64,000 nt of DNA, taken from the IMG/VR virus record IMGVR_UViG_3300015607_000776; one strand, written 5' to 3'. Positions 35,235-44,954 of this stretch are shown here, piece after piece (positions within the stretch are counted from its first letter, which is position 1; the number at the start of each line of letters is the position of its first letter). The translations under genes and the position numbers were made by a program. Under the pieces are notes generated by a model that had not been told where the DNA came from, did not search any database, and saw only the letters and a program-made list of their open reading frames with translations. The DNA comes from an uncultured virus (IMG/VR IMGVR_UViG_3300015607_000776). Its lineage: Duplodnaviria > Heunggongvirae > Uroviricota > Caudoviricetes.

Positions 35235-35431
35235 ATTTGATTCTCCTTTAAGATTTTGTTTGAATATTTATCTATTTGCCGAAAAGCTGTCAATAACTGG
35301 GTTGAGTATAATATCACTCTGGTCATTTTTTCTGACTAACTTTTTCTTTTTCTTGGTAACCTTATAGTTTTCGTTTAGTCTATTAAGACTCACCTTCTTG
35401 ATAGTTTGTATTAGTTTTGAGTGTTCCATAT

Positions 35432-36328
35432 CTAACCCTTAAGAAAGTTGTTTCTCAGGAAACTTTCAAATGATTCCTTCACCCACATTCTGTTCATAAT
35501 GTCACCTGTTGTTTCTTTTGCTGGTGCCGCAGGTCTTGCTTGTGGTCTAGGACGCGGTTTCACTGCGGCAGGTGTTGGTGCCTTAGAAATTTTATCATTT
35601 CCAGAGCTGCCTGCTGCTGTATCATTACCAGTTGATCTTTCTGGTGTTTGACCTGAAGGACCACCTGGTAGACCTTGTTGTGAAGCTCTATAACCAATTC
35701 CTGTTTTCTTGTTTACGAATGCACTTTCTGGTGTTCCACCACCTGTCGTTGAACCAGGAAGATTAGCACCACTACCTAACACTGGTGCTGGTCTGGCTTT
35801 TGGTGCAGGTGCATTATTTGTAGCAGTTGGTTGTGTAGAAGTCTGCACTGGTTCCTGCTGAGCAGGTTTTCTTGTAATCATTGGTGTGACAGTACTAGTA
35901 GAAGGTGTTACCTTTTTGTTTGTATCCAAAGGTTTTACACCTTTCACTAACATACTTTGATTACGACCTTGAACAGGTAAATTTTGGGTACGTGCATTCA
36001 CATCATAACCTTTACCTAGAGAGGCCTTTGCATTTGGTCCTGGATCAGAAACTTTTGCATTTGGTCCCAAAGGTTTAATAGGAATCTTAGCATCTTGTCT
36101 TACATAATTATCCATTGACTGAGTAGGTCTTGGTGCTACATTTCTATATGGTGCATTCTGAGGATTGTTACCTGAACCCTGAAGTACCTTCGCTGCTGCT
36201 TCTCTTGCTGTTCTTTGTGCAGTAGGTGCAGTTCCTGGACCAATTGCCACAGGACTTTGAGCAGCTTGTTTTGGCACTGGTCTTCCCATTGTCGAACCAC
36301 CAGTTGGTCTAACTCCCATTTCATTCAA
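35432..36328 (-). CDS. Pro/Gly/Thr-rich extension, probably reached by -1 frameshift from upstream ORF
   Basis: TTG start without RBS; frame open back to slippery site. Confidence 0.7.
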   Translation of the reverse strand: MNEMGVRPTGGSTMGRPVPKQAAQSPVAIGPGTAPTAQRTAREAAAKVLQGSGNNPQNAPYRNVAPRPTQSMDNYVRQDAKIPIKPLGPNAKVSDPGPNAKASLGKGYDVNARTQNLPVQGRNQSMLVKGVKPLDTNKKVTPSTSTVTPMITRKPAQQEPVQTSTQPTATNNAPAPKARPAPVLGSGANLPGSTTGGGTPESAFVNKKTGIGYRASQQGLPGGPSGQTPERSTGNDTAAGSSGNDKISKAPTPAAVKPRPRPQARPAAPAKETTGDIMNRMWVKESFESFLRNNFLKG

Positions 36329-36335
36329 TTGGTCG

Positions 36336-36373
36336 GGGGACTCAGGACTTACTGAATCCCCTCCGTAAAACCC
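36336..36373 (-). other. -1 ribosomal frameshift signal
   Basis: G GGT TTT, 5-nt spacer, 10-bp hairpin. Confidence 0.8.
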
Positions 36374-37632
36374 AAGATTTGCAATTGTTCCTCAGTAAGA
36401 GAATCAACCATGTCATTGAAAGCATCTTCACTAGACTGATATGCTTCAATTAGATTTGCTAGGAGATTATCATAGATTTCCTCATTGATTGCTTCAATTG
36501 AGGTATCTTCCTTTATTGCTTTTTTCTTGTAAACCTTTGGTAGAGGTGTTCTTACAGATTCATCCAATTCGTCTTTAATAGCATCTCTTTGATCCCTAGC
36601 GCCTTTCATTACAGATTTAATTGCACGTCTGGCTGGTGTAGAAACTCTCTTAACGTCTTTTTCAGAGCTGTGATAATCATTACCATCAGATTCGGTATGA
36701 CCAAAGTTAGAATCTGCTACCCAACTACCATCTTTATGTTTTCTAATATCAATTCTTCTGTCACCACGATCAAGTCTATATGCTTTTTCTACATCACCTT
36801 TTTTTGCTACCTTGACATGCTTAAATTCTTCATCCAACTGTTCCTCGTTCACAGCTGCATTGACACGCTTCTGTGCATTTGCCCAACCTTTGACTGTAGG
36901 TTTCTGCATAGCACGACGGTTTAGGTCTTCAATTTTTTTCTTTCTTGAAGGTAATTCATTTGCAATCTTCTTAACAATAGCTTTGATTGTCACTTCATCC
37001 AACTGTTCGGATTCGGGAAGATTTACCTTTTTCTTGGCATCTTTCATAACACTGTCATGGGTTACTTTCATATATCTCTTATGTTCACCAGCTTGCTTCA
37101 AATGACCTTTCTTTGGTCCTTTTGAAAATACTCCCCAACGACCACTCTTTTTTTCTTTATCAAGAACGTCTTTGCGCGCTGAAATTGTATCATTACTATA
37201 GCTACTATATTTCTTACCTTCTATATCCTGTTTCGCACCTTTTTCAGCATCACCAACTGCTTTATCACCACCCTTTTTATGGATGTATGACTTAAACTTA
37301 TTCTTCTGCTTGCGATATGCGTTTGCTGCTTTATCATTTCCTTCATAATCATTTCTATTCCAATGCTCTCCTTCGGAAGAACTTCTGTAAGCAGCAATTG
37401 CTTTCTTTAGAGAAACTTCATCCAACTGGACCCTATCAATACCTTCCTTCAAAGCAACTGATTGTGCTTCTGCCAGGATAGTATCGTATTCTGCAAAAAG
37501 TTCTCTTGGTAGAACCTTTTTGTCTTCTATTCCCAAGGATTCATTAACCAAAAGTACCACTTGTCTTCTGGTTTCGTTTTCCTGCATTATTTTCTTTGAT
37601 ACTTCTACAAGTGGATCATTCTTTTTGAACAT
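36349..37632 (-). CDS. Probable internal head protein with repeated (Q/E)LDE sites
   Basis: VQLDE, EQLDE x2, DELDE. Confidence 0.7.
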   Translation of the reverse strand: MFKKNDPLVEVSKKIMQENETRRQVVLLVNESLGIEDKKVLPRELFAEYDTILAEAQSVALKEGIDRVQLDEVSLKKAIAAYRSSSEGEHWNRNDYEGNDKAANAYRKQKNKFKSYIHKKGGDKAVGDAEKGAKQDIEGKKYSSYSNDTISARKDVLDKEKKSGRWGVFSKGPKKGHLKQAGEHKRYMKVTHDSVMKDAKKKVNLPESEQLDEVTIKAIVKKIANELPSRKKKIEDLNRRAMQKPTVKGWANAQKRVNAAVNEEQLDEEFKHVKVAKKGDVEKAYRLDRGDRRIDIRKHKDGSWVADSNFGHTESDGNDYHSSEKDVKRVSTPARRAIKSVMKGARDQRDAIKDELDESVRTPLPKVYKKKAIKEDTSIEAINEEIYDNLLANLIEAYQSSEDAFNDMVDSLTEEQLQILGFTEGIQ

Positions 37633-37667
37633 TTGGTTATATCCTTCGAGATTACATGGTTGTTTAT

Positions 37668-39932
37668 TTATTGTTTTTTTGCTTTTGGTTTATACCATTT
37701 GGATTTCTTGGGAGGTCTGTCTTCACCAATACTATCACTATTTCCTGGTCCTTGATCTGGTACAGTACCCCTGCGATCTAGCAATCCCTTATCAAATGAC
37801 TCCCTAATGCTAGAAAAAGACTTGGGTTTGCTGATCTTGGTTGTTGCTTCTGATAGTTGAGCAACCACCTCATCCAATTTCTGCTGTGCATTGTTGCCAT
37901 AGCGCTTCTCAAACTTCGCAATGGTCTCTGGGTTGGATGCCCATTCAGCAAGACCACTGAATCCTACTGATTTCTGACCATAGGTTGGACCAATACCACT
38001 ACCCACGTCACCAGGATTGGTATCTGTATAGTTTAAGGTTTCGCGCTTTGCAATCATCTTTTTCAGACTTGCTTGGGTTGATCCAGGTGTCTCTTTAGAA
38101 TATATCTTGGTAAGCGATTTGGTTCCCCATTCTCTGTCTTTTGGTTTTGAGTTGTTTTCCTGCAATAGTTTCTCAAAATCCTTATTGATTTCTTTTGAGT
38201 TGTTGATCTTTGTCATATTTTCTCCGAATAATGTCTTGAATTTCTCTATGTTATTTTGAGCAGACATAAATTTGGAAAAGCGGATACTTTCGTTCATCAC
38301 TCTCTGACCACGTTTTTCTCTTTCCTCGTTTCTCAACTTGGAAATTTCATTGGTGGTATTGACGTAAATCATTGAGGTATGATAATTGTTTTCTTTGAGT
38401 ATGTCATTGATTCTGACAATATCTTCCAAATTCTCAGCTGATCCATTTACTATGATCTGCTCAGAAAGAATAGGTTTACCACTCAAGATGTATTGAGCAT
38501 CGAGTTCCTTAAGACCATATTCTTCATTTAATTGTTTGATTAGTTTGTCTTTACCTGAGCATGGACCACCAACCACAAAGATTGCGGTGTGTTCTACAAG
38601 GGAAGACATTTTGAAATGATGTGGGTTTTCTTTGGCCCACCAACGCATTAATTTTCCTGCTTCTGCGTTAGCTTCGTTTTCAATATCTGAACCAGTGGCA
38701 CCAGATGTTGCAACGTCACCGATTCTACCATCTTCGTTTTGTTTGTGGTGGACCAGTTCATGTGCCAGGGTTCTGAAAATATCCATAGGGTGTCTGTTCT
38801 TTGACACCAATACAATGCTATTATCCGATGGAACATATCCACCAAAACTACGATCACCGTCTGGTTGGAACTTGAGTTTTGGTGTGTTCTGGATGCCTAG
38901 TTTACTACAAGCAAACTCAAGGAAAGACTTGACCAATGGCACAAACTCTTTCCTAGTTGTGTCCTCGCTAAGTGTGGAAACATATTGTTTTGACAAACTC
39001 AAAAGATCCAGAATAGGAAGGTCTACAACATGAGCGTTGCTAGTTGTGCGTCCTCTGGAACGGTTATGGTCTGCCAGCCACCTATGATGGCCGTCCAATA
39101 CATGATCATCATTAGATACCAATATAGCATCGTTATCCTCTTTCTTTTGCATTAGGGAGTTGATCTTCTCAGCATCAAATTCAGACTGAGTTGACTTGAG
39201 TTTGCTGGTATCAATATTCTTTTGCTTGTGAGCAATACCTTGATTGTCCAGGTATTTTAGGAAGTCCTTGACGTGTTTCTTAGGAAACTGTGGCATGAGT
39301 TTTCTGGATAGGGTCTGGCCAATAGCAGGTACTTCCAGAGACTCCCTGATAGAATTTGACGTTCTGATCTGGTTGTATAATTTCTTTACATGTCTTTCAT
39401 GTATACCAGGATAGTATGCCTTGAAACGATCATATGATCCCGACTTTGCCAATGCTTCAACTTTGGTTGCTGAAACTGAACTGACAAGTTCCTTTGGTGA
39501 CATTCTTTGTGGGTCACGATTTGACGCAACTGCATCCTGTCTTGGGATGCTATGGACTCTCCACTTTTTGAAATGGAATGGTACATTGCCCTGGGAATCT
39601 TTCTTTCCATTCCACTTCTTGAGCATTGCCTTATATTCTTCGGCACGATCCTGACCTGCCACTAGGGTAAAGTCATCATGATTTTTGCTCATGTTGGAAA
39701 GGAAATGGACTACGCTCTTGTGGTGTGTTTCCACAGGATGGTCAAATAACGCCTGAGCGTGTTCTTTTTTGAGTGCTTTGGGGAGAGGATGATCGGCACC
39801 GGATAATGCCACGTGCAATTTAGCACCTGATTTTGCTGCAATATCCTTTGCAGTATTGACTACCGCAGCATGTCCGATTGTTGGTATTCTTACTTTGCCG
39901 TAGAAACCTACGCCTTTTGTTCTTGTTATCAT
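37668..39932 (-). CDS. Multidomain protein: nucleotidyltransferase-like + ParB/Srx-like + zincin + P-loop kinase
   Basis: PTIGH/AGQDR; VLDGHHRW; TLAHELVH; GGPCSGKD. Confidence 0.75.
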   Translation of the reverse strand: MITRTKGVGFYGKVRIPTIGHAAVVNTAKDIAAKSGAKLHVALSGADHPLPKALKKEHAQALFDHPVETHHKSVVHFLSNMSKNHDDFTLVAGQDRAEEYKAMLKKWNGKKDSQGNVPFHFKKWRVHSIPRQDAVASNRDPQRMSPKELVSSVSATKVEALAKSGSYDRFKAYYPGIHERHVKKLYNQIRTSNSIRESLEVPAIGQTLSRKLMPQFPKKHVKDFLKYLDNQGIAHKQKNIDTSKLKSTQSEFDAEKINSLMQKKEDNDAILVSNDDHVLDGHHRWLADHNRSRGRTTSNAHVVDLPILDLLSLSKQYVSTLSEDTTRKEFVPLVKSFLEFACSKLGIQNTPKLKFQPDGDRSFGGYVPSDNSIVLVSKNRHPMDIFRTLAHELVHHKQNEDGRIGDVATSGATGSDIENEANAEAGKLMRWWAKENPHHFKMSSLVEHTAIFVVGGPCSGKDKLIKQLNEEYGLKELDAQYILSGKPILSEQIIVNGSAENLEDIVRINDILKENNYHTSMIYVNTTNEISKLRNEEREKRGQRVMNESIRFSKFMSAQNNIEKFKTLFGENMTKINNSKEINKDFEKLLQENNSKPKDREWGTKSLTKIYSKETPGSTQASLKKMIAKRETLNYTDTNPGDVGSGIGPTYGQKSVGFSGLAEWASNPETIAKFEKRYGNNAQQKLDEVVAQLSEATTKISKPKSFSSIRESFDKGLLDRRGTVPDQGPGNSDSIGEDRPPKKSKWYKPKAKKQ

Positions 39933-39978
39933 TAAATCTCTGCTCTCTACAAGCTATATTACCTTTATATTTAGTAAT

Positions 39979-40566
39979 TTACAGCTGCCAAGAGACCAGA
40001 GATTCACCTTTTACCAACCACATATCCATGTGGATTTTGGGATAGAAATGTCTTAGTTTTGAGATTGTGACCAGGTTTTTGATGCAATCATCGAAGACTT
40101 CTACTCTTTCAAACTTATGAGTGTCCACATACCTCTTGATTATAGCAAGTTTTGATATGTTTCCACCTGTTCTATATCTGCTTGATAGGTTTCCAGCACG
40201 TTCCACATGGGCCATATGGATCGGGAAATTATGATCATAGAATGTCTGTAGAAAGACTTCCCGATCATCAAAATCCTGTCGAGCAGTAAGCAATATGGTC
40301 TTACTGCATTCTGTATTGTTTTTGATCTTATCTTTTGCTAACTGGAAGATGGGATGAATAGGTTTAGCGGTATAACGGAAAATCTTAGCATCCCGAAATT
40401 CGGAGAAGTCAAATTCTTCCAAGTGATCCAATTTGTAGTGATTGAATTCTGTATTGGAAAGTATCTTCTGGACTTCTCCGTTTTTTCTTACTCTTATCTT
40501 TGCTTCCGTTGTGAATAGGGTATCGTCAATATCAAAAACTGTTAGTGTTTTCTTTATCATGTCCAA
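39979..40566 (-). CDS. HAD-family phosphatase
   Basis: VFDIDDTL, LTAR, VFDD. Confidence 0.85.
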   Translation of the reverse strand: MDMIKKTLTVFDIDDTLFTTEAKIRVRKNGEVQKILSNTEFNHYKLDHLEEFDFSEFRDAKIFRYTAKPIHPIFQLAKDKIKNNTECSKTILLTARQDFDDREVFLQTFYDHNFPIHMAHVERAGNLSSRYRTGGNISKLAIIKRYVDTHKFERVEVFDDCIKNLVTISKLRHFYPKIHMDMWLVKGESLVSWQL

Positions 40567-41086
40567 TTTTTCTGCCTACATTATAATGTTCTAATGCATT
40601 TTGGGGGTGGATGAAATAAGATTTAGTGCCATCATTGTACCACTTCCTACCTTTTCGTTGCTCTGAGTATAATTTTCTTTGTTCATCACTACATGTTTGA
40701 ACACCAATTTTACCTTTATTCCATGGTTCATTGGTTCTATTTTTTGCTGTTTGTTTGCAAGCTTCACTCACGTTTTTATACCACTCTTTATTATTAGATC
40801 GTTTCTTTATTGACAATTTATGTTTTTCACTATTTTTCATAGATTGTCTCATCTTATCTCTAATCTCTGGAGTTTGTAATTTTTGTATAGCAACTTTGGC
40901 AGCTTTATCTTGGGCCATTATCCAATTATTTAAGTATCCATGTTTTTGTGCATGTTCATCTGGTGTAAGCATTTCTAAATTTAAAGGATCATTGTTTTGT
41001 CTATTGAAGTCTTTATGGTGTATATGATATCCTTTTGGAATTTTTACATTATAATGTTCTTCATAAATTTTCCTATAATTCTTCAT
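40532..41086 (-). CDS. HNH homing endonuclease
   Basis: YRKIYE.H, IHHKD.NR.NN...NL, EH...H. Confidence 0.9.
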   Translation of the reverse strand: MKNYRKIYEEHYNVKIPKGYHIHHKDFNRQNNDPLNLEMLTPDEHAQKHGYLNNWIMAQDKAAKVAIQKLQTPEIRDKMRQSMKNSEKHKLSIKKRSNNKEWYKNVSEACKQTAKNRTNEPWNKGKIGVQTCSDEQRKLYSEQRKGRKWYNDGTKSYFIHPQNALEHYNVGRKIGHDKENTNSF

Positions 41087-42342
41087 TTTCCCACCCAGTT
41101 CTTTGATACATTGAAATTGTTGTGGGAAAAAGTTAGTCGATCCACTAACTTCACTACATTACCAAAATGATCGGTACAAACGAAACCTTCGGGATGTGTT
41201 ACCTTTAGACCATCTGCGTCTCTGATAAAGGTTCTGGTTACTCCCTGGACCTGTTCTAGTTTTCTGATTAACATATTCTTTGCGTCAATCATTTTGTTCT
41301 GTAGGTCAAACATGAGTTTAAGTTGCCCCATATTTGAATGGAAGAATGTCAGGACCTTTGTTTTTTCTGCTATCTTGATTTTCTTTGTGTCGTCTCTCTT
41401 TGCTGTACTGATAGCAAGATTCATCTTCTGTTCCACACTTCTGATCAATCCAGCAATGTGCTCAGATGTATTGGTGATCTTCTCACCTTCTCTGACTTTG
41501 GAATTGTTCCAGATTTCAATGTAGGAACTATATGTAGTGCTGGAACTAATCAACTGAAGGAATCTTGGTGATAGACTGCGGAACATATATCCCAATTCGG
41601 AAAGTATTGCATCCAGTCTCTTTGATTCTTCCAGAGTTAGTGTTGCAGTACCACTAACGTCCACGAAACTTGCGTCTCTATACCATACGTTTCTGCTGGA
41701 TTTGAATTGAGACACAGATACATTATAAGCTGCCTTTAGAGAATCCATGGTTGATCCATAGTATTCTGTATGCCAGACAACACCAATCTTTGCATTTCGG
41801 ATACTATTAGCAAGGTTTGATTTTGCTGGTACTGCATAGACGATTGTATTTGGTTGGAAAACAATACAGTCTTCCCCATCAATCTGTTCTGTGGATAGGT
41901 CATCGTGCGTGAACATAATATCCCCTTGCACGATTCCTCTAATTCCTAATTCAGGCAGATAGCGAAGTGCCACCTTCAACTTATCATTCAGACCACCACT
42001 TGGATGGTTTCTGTCAACATCAGCACTGGTGTAATTCAGTTTTGGTGTTGCATTAAACAAACTCTTAGTTGCAACGAAAAATCTTCCGTTCTCTGGGTTT
42101 GTTCCTGCAAAGATACTTGGTGCACCATCCCATTTAACAGTCAGATTAACTATCGAATGTGATGTATGCCCGGAAAGCATTTTCTTTAGGTTCTGAAGGA
42201 AGGTTATAGATGATCTGATTCCATTAACACCAGACTTGAAAATTTGATCTTCAAGGTGTGTCAGATGGAGATTTGCATCCTTTTTGCCTTCTTGTAAAAA
42301 TTCTGAGTATGTCAACATTACTTTTTCTTCCAATGGTCGCAT
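41083..42342 (-). CDS. ATP-dependent ligase-like nucleotidyltransferase (possible RNA ligase)
   Basis: TVKWDG, VQGD, EGFV, VKLVDR; CTS-like MLTYSEFLQE. Confidence 0.6.
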   Translation of the reverse strand: MRPLEEKVMLTYSEFLQEGKKDANLHLTHLEDQIFKSGVNGIRSSITFLQNLKKMLSGHTSHSIVNLTVKWDGAPSIFAGTNPENGRFFVATKSLFNATPKLNYTSADVDRNHPSGGLNDKLKVALRYLPELGIRGIVQGDIMFTHDDLSTEQIDGEDCIVFQPNTIVYAVPAKSNLANSIRNAKIGVVWHTEYYGSTMDSLKAAYNVSVSQFKSSRNVWYRDASFVDVSGTATLTLEESKRLDAILSELGYMFRSLSPRFLQLISSSTTYSSYIEIWNNSKVREGEKITNTSEHIAGLIRSVEQKMNLAISTAKRDDTKKIKIAEKTKVLTFFHSNMGQLKLMFDLQNKMIDAKNMLIRKLEQVQGVTRTFIRDADGLKVTHPEGFVCTDHFGNVVKLVDRLTFSHNNFNVSKNWVGK

Positions 42343-42530
42343 GTATCGTATTCTTTTATGTTCTTGGGATAAAAACGTCTCTCGTCTTCTCTTGTGAATT
42401 TGCAGTAACCGTTTCCATTATCCTCATTTATGTATGAATACTGACAATTCATGCAGTATTGTGCTTTGTTTGCAGATTCCAGTATTTCTTTTATTGCTTG
42501 CTTTCCAGTCTTGGTCTTTTTGGTCATCAA
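42318..42530 (-). CDS. Small Cys-rich protein
   Basis: CxxC...C...C. Confidence 0.5.
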   Translation of the reverse strand: MMTKKTKTGKQAIKEILESANKAQYCMNCQYSYINEDNGNGYCKFTREDERRFYPKNIKEYDTCDHWKKK

Positions 42531-43600
42531 CTATACTTTACGAATATGCTGCTATCGTCTGTAGCAGATGAACCATATCCAAATAACCAATTTGTTACCT
42601 TATTTTCCTTCTTATATTTTTGTAGTGTGAAGCAATAATGGACACCCAGAAACTTTGTCAACCACCACGTCTTGTCTTCCTTTTGTCCTTGTTTTGCCTG
42701 TTTTGTTAAACTGTCAATAGTTTCGCGAGAACCAGTAAGTGATTTATACATGGCGGCAAATTCTTTGAACTTGTGATCTGAAGGTTTTTCAATGTGGGTT
42801 TTAAATGCCGATGGATATAGCAATGCAGAAGAAGGAATTCCACATTCCACACATGCTCGCATTAGAACACCACCACCTATCTTTCCTCCTGCGGCAGTCT
42901 TGCCTTTAATTTCACCTTGCCATGCTCCTGGTTCAGCTCTGCTGCTGAATGTTCTTAACTGAATTTCACCTGGTTTTCTTCCACTCTGGAATTGAATATA
43001 AACGTCCTTGGAGTTTCTCATGTTATCTCCAATTCTGAATTGAGTGAAGTTTGCCTTTACCGGATCACCGTTGTTAAAAACATGAGAATGAGCAGCACCA
43101 CCTTTTTCCAATTTCTTAAGGGATACACCTATGAGTGTTCCTTTATTGAATTGTTCAAACAGGAATTCATTTAGATCACTTAGAGTATCCCAGTCACCAT
43201 TAATGCGAAGGCCTTTCTTGATAATCCATATATCTGCTGGATTCCATTTGTTTGCATTGGCAATATCAGTATGAGCCTTCAGTTTGTTAAATGCACTATA
43301 AATTTTGTTTACGTCTGGTCCACCTCTGGCAAAGATATAACCACCTTTCCTAAGCATGGGAAAATCAGAAAACAATTGGTTGGCAATGGTGATTGCACTG
43401 TATGCATAACCTTCATCAAGCTCCTTGACTGCTTTGTTTAGAGGTCTATCGCAGTCTGCGGCAGTTGTGTTTGATTGCTTGACTTGACTTATATCACTTA
43501 GGTTGGACCCCAGTGATTGTCTAGCTGCACAGGCATATGCATGAAGACTCTCGTTTAATGCTGTTATTTCTGCTCCTGCTCCAGAACCTGCACCGGCCAT
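42527..43600 (-). CDS. Putative PD-(D/E)xK-like nuclease
   Basis: NE, KWNPADIW, GVSLKK. Confidence 0.55.
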   Translation of the reverse strand: MAGAGSGAGAEITALNESLHAYACAARQSLGSNLSDISQVKQSNTTAADCDRPLNKAVKELDEGYAYSAITIANQLFSDFPMLRKGGYIFARGGPDVNKIYSAFNKLKAHTDIANANKWNPADIWIIKKGLRINGDWDTLSDLNEFLFEQFNKGTLIGVSLKKLEKGGAAHSHVFNNGDPVKANFTQFRIGDNMRNSKDVYIQFQSGRKPGEIQLRTFSSRAEPGAWQGEIKGKTAAGGKIGGGVLMRACVECGIPSSALLYPSAFKTHIEKPSDHKFKEFAAMYKSLTGSRETIDSLTKQAKQGQKEDKTWWLTKFLGVHYCFTLQKYKKENKVTNWLFGYGSSATDDSSIFVKYS

Positions 43601-43609
43601 GTTTTCTCC

Positions 43610-44899
43610 TTACATGAATTGTGACAATCCAAGACCTTTCTTGCTCAATTCATTACGGTTCTTACCGAAGCACCACATAGGTTCAATGTATATCTTATCA
43701 AAATGAGCCAACAACTTTTTCTTGTCGATATTCTTAGGTCTCTGCATGATTCTCATTCCAAGATTACCTAGGAATTTACAATCACTATATTTAGTTGTCA
43801 AGTCATTTATCAAATCATCCGAAGCATAATAGCGGGTGTTTTTGACCTTTGGATCCTGTATATTAACGATCTGGATACCACCATCGTTAAGTATTTCATA
43901 AGTTTTTCTATTGACAGGAAGATAGAAGTTATCTCTCCACTTTTCATAGGTATTGTATCGCTTCCATGACTGATCATCTTCATGGACACCACCAGAATTG
44001 TATAGTTCTGTTGAAAAGTATGGTGGTGAGGTAAAAGCACAATCTACCTTAGGCATGAAGTTATAGTTTAAGTCCTCCGCTGGAAGTCTGAAAAGATATA
44101 CAACCTTTTCTCCAATGCACGAAAAGAAGTCTTTGCTTTCTCTGATAACAGGTGTTCCACCAAGGATGGTTTCATACATTATGCATTGCTGTTTATACAT
44201 TTCAAAAGTCTGATCATTTGGATCACATCCATAGTATTCCTTTGCATTTGAGCAATAGAATCCTGCCAGACGATCACCCCAACCACATGAACTATCAAAA
44301 ATTACTTTTGAATTGGTTGCATTATATACATACTTTGCAACGTGTGGTTTAAACTGGGTAGCAATATATGTGCTTAGACGAAAAGCTCCAACGATTGATT
44401 GTTCATCCAGTTTGTCATTTCCAAGTCTCCACAATGCTAGAAAGACTGTTCTCAGGTCTTCCACGTTATTCCAGCGATAATGGGCACTCTTGAATCCGTA
44501 GGTATCACAGTTCAATCTAAGTTCCTGATTGAAATAGTTTGACACATCCAGATAACCATTACCCATTTGAACAACACCAAGACCGCAGTCATCGTAAGTA
44601 TGACCATAATCATCATACTTCTCAATTACTCTACCTTTGGTTTCCTCAAATGTCAGGATAAATTTGCTGATTGGCGCCTGCTTGAGATTGAAGAAATTGG
44701 TGATCATTTCCTCTTTGGTAATATGCAGGGTTGGTGCTTGTGGTTTGTGTTCCTTGATATATGCGATCAATTCACTTATGATTGTTTCCTTATCATAAGC
44801 GGAATTCAATTCTTCCCATTGCTTTGGGTTTAGGGAAGGAATTCCTTTTGCATCTTTGTTTTTAAGGAAGATATTTTGAATGTTTTCCATGATTTCCAC
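43610..44899 (-). CDS. Amino-type DNA methyltransferase
   Basis: FDSSCGWGDR, FTSPPYF; early promoter TTGACA-N17-TATAAT near 44919-44947. Confidence 0.85.
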   Translation of the reverse strand: MEIMENIQNIFLKNKDAKGIPSLNPKQWEELNSAYDKETIISELIAYIKEHKPQAPTLHITKEEMITNFFNLKQAPISKFILTFEETKGRVIEKYDDYGHTYDDCGLGVVQMGNGYLDVSNYFNQELRLNCDTYGFKSAHYRWNNVEDLRTVFLALWRLGNDKLDEQSIVGAFRLSTYIATQFKPHVAKYVYNATNSKVIFDSSCGWGDRLAGFYCSNAKEYYGCDPNDQTFEMYKQQCIMYETILGGTPVIRESKDFFSCIGEKVVYLFRLPAEDLNYNFMPKVDCAFTSPPYFSTELYNSGGVHEDDQSWKRYNTYEKWRDNFYLPVNRKTYEILNDGGIQIVNIQDPKVKNTRYYASDDLINDLTTKYSDCKFLGNLGMRIMQRPKNIDKKKLLAHFDKIYIEPMWCFGKNRNELSKKGLGLSQFM

Positions 44900-44954
44900 A
44901 TAATTTATCTAGTGTTGTATTATACATTAAACTGGTTGAAATGTCAATCAGGAA

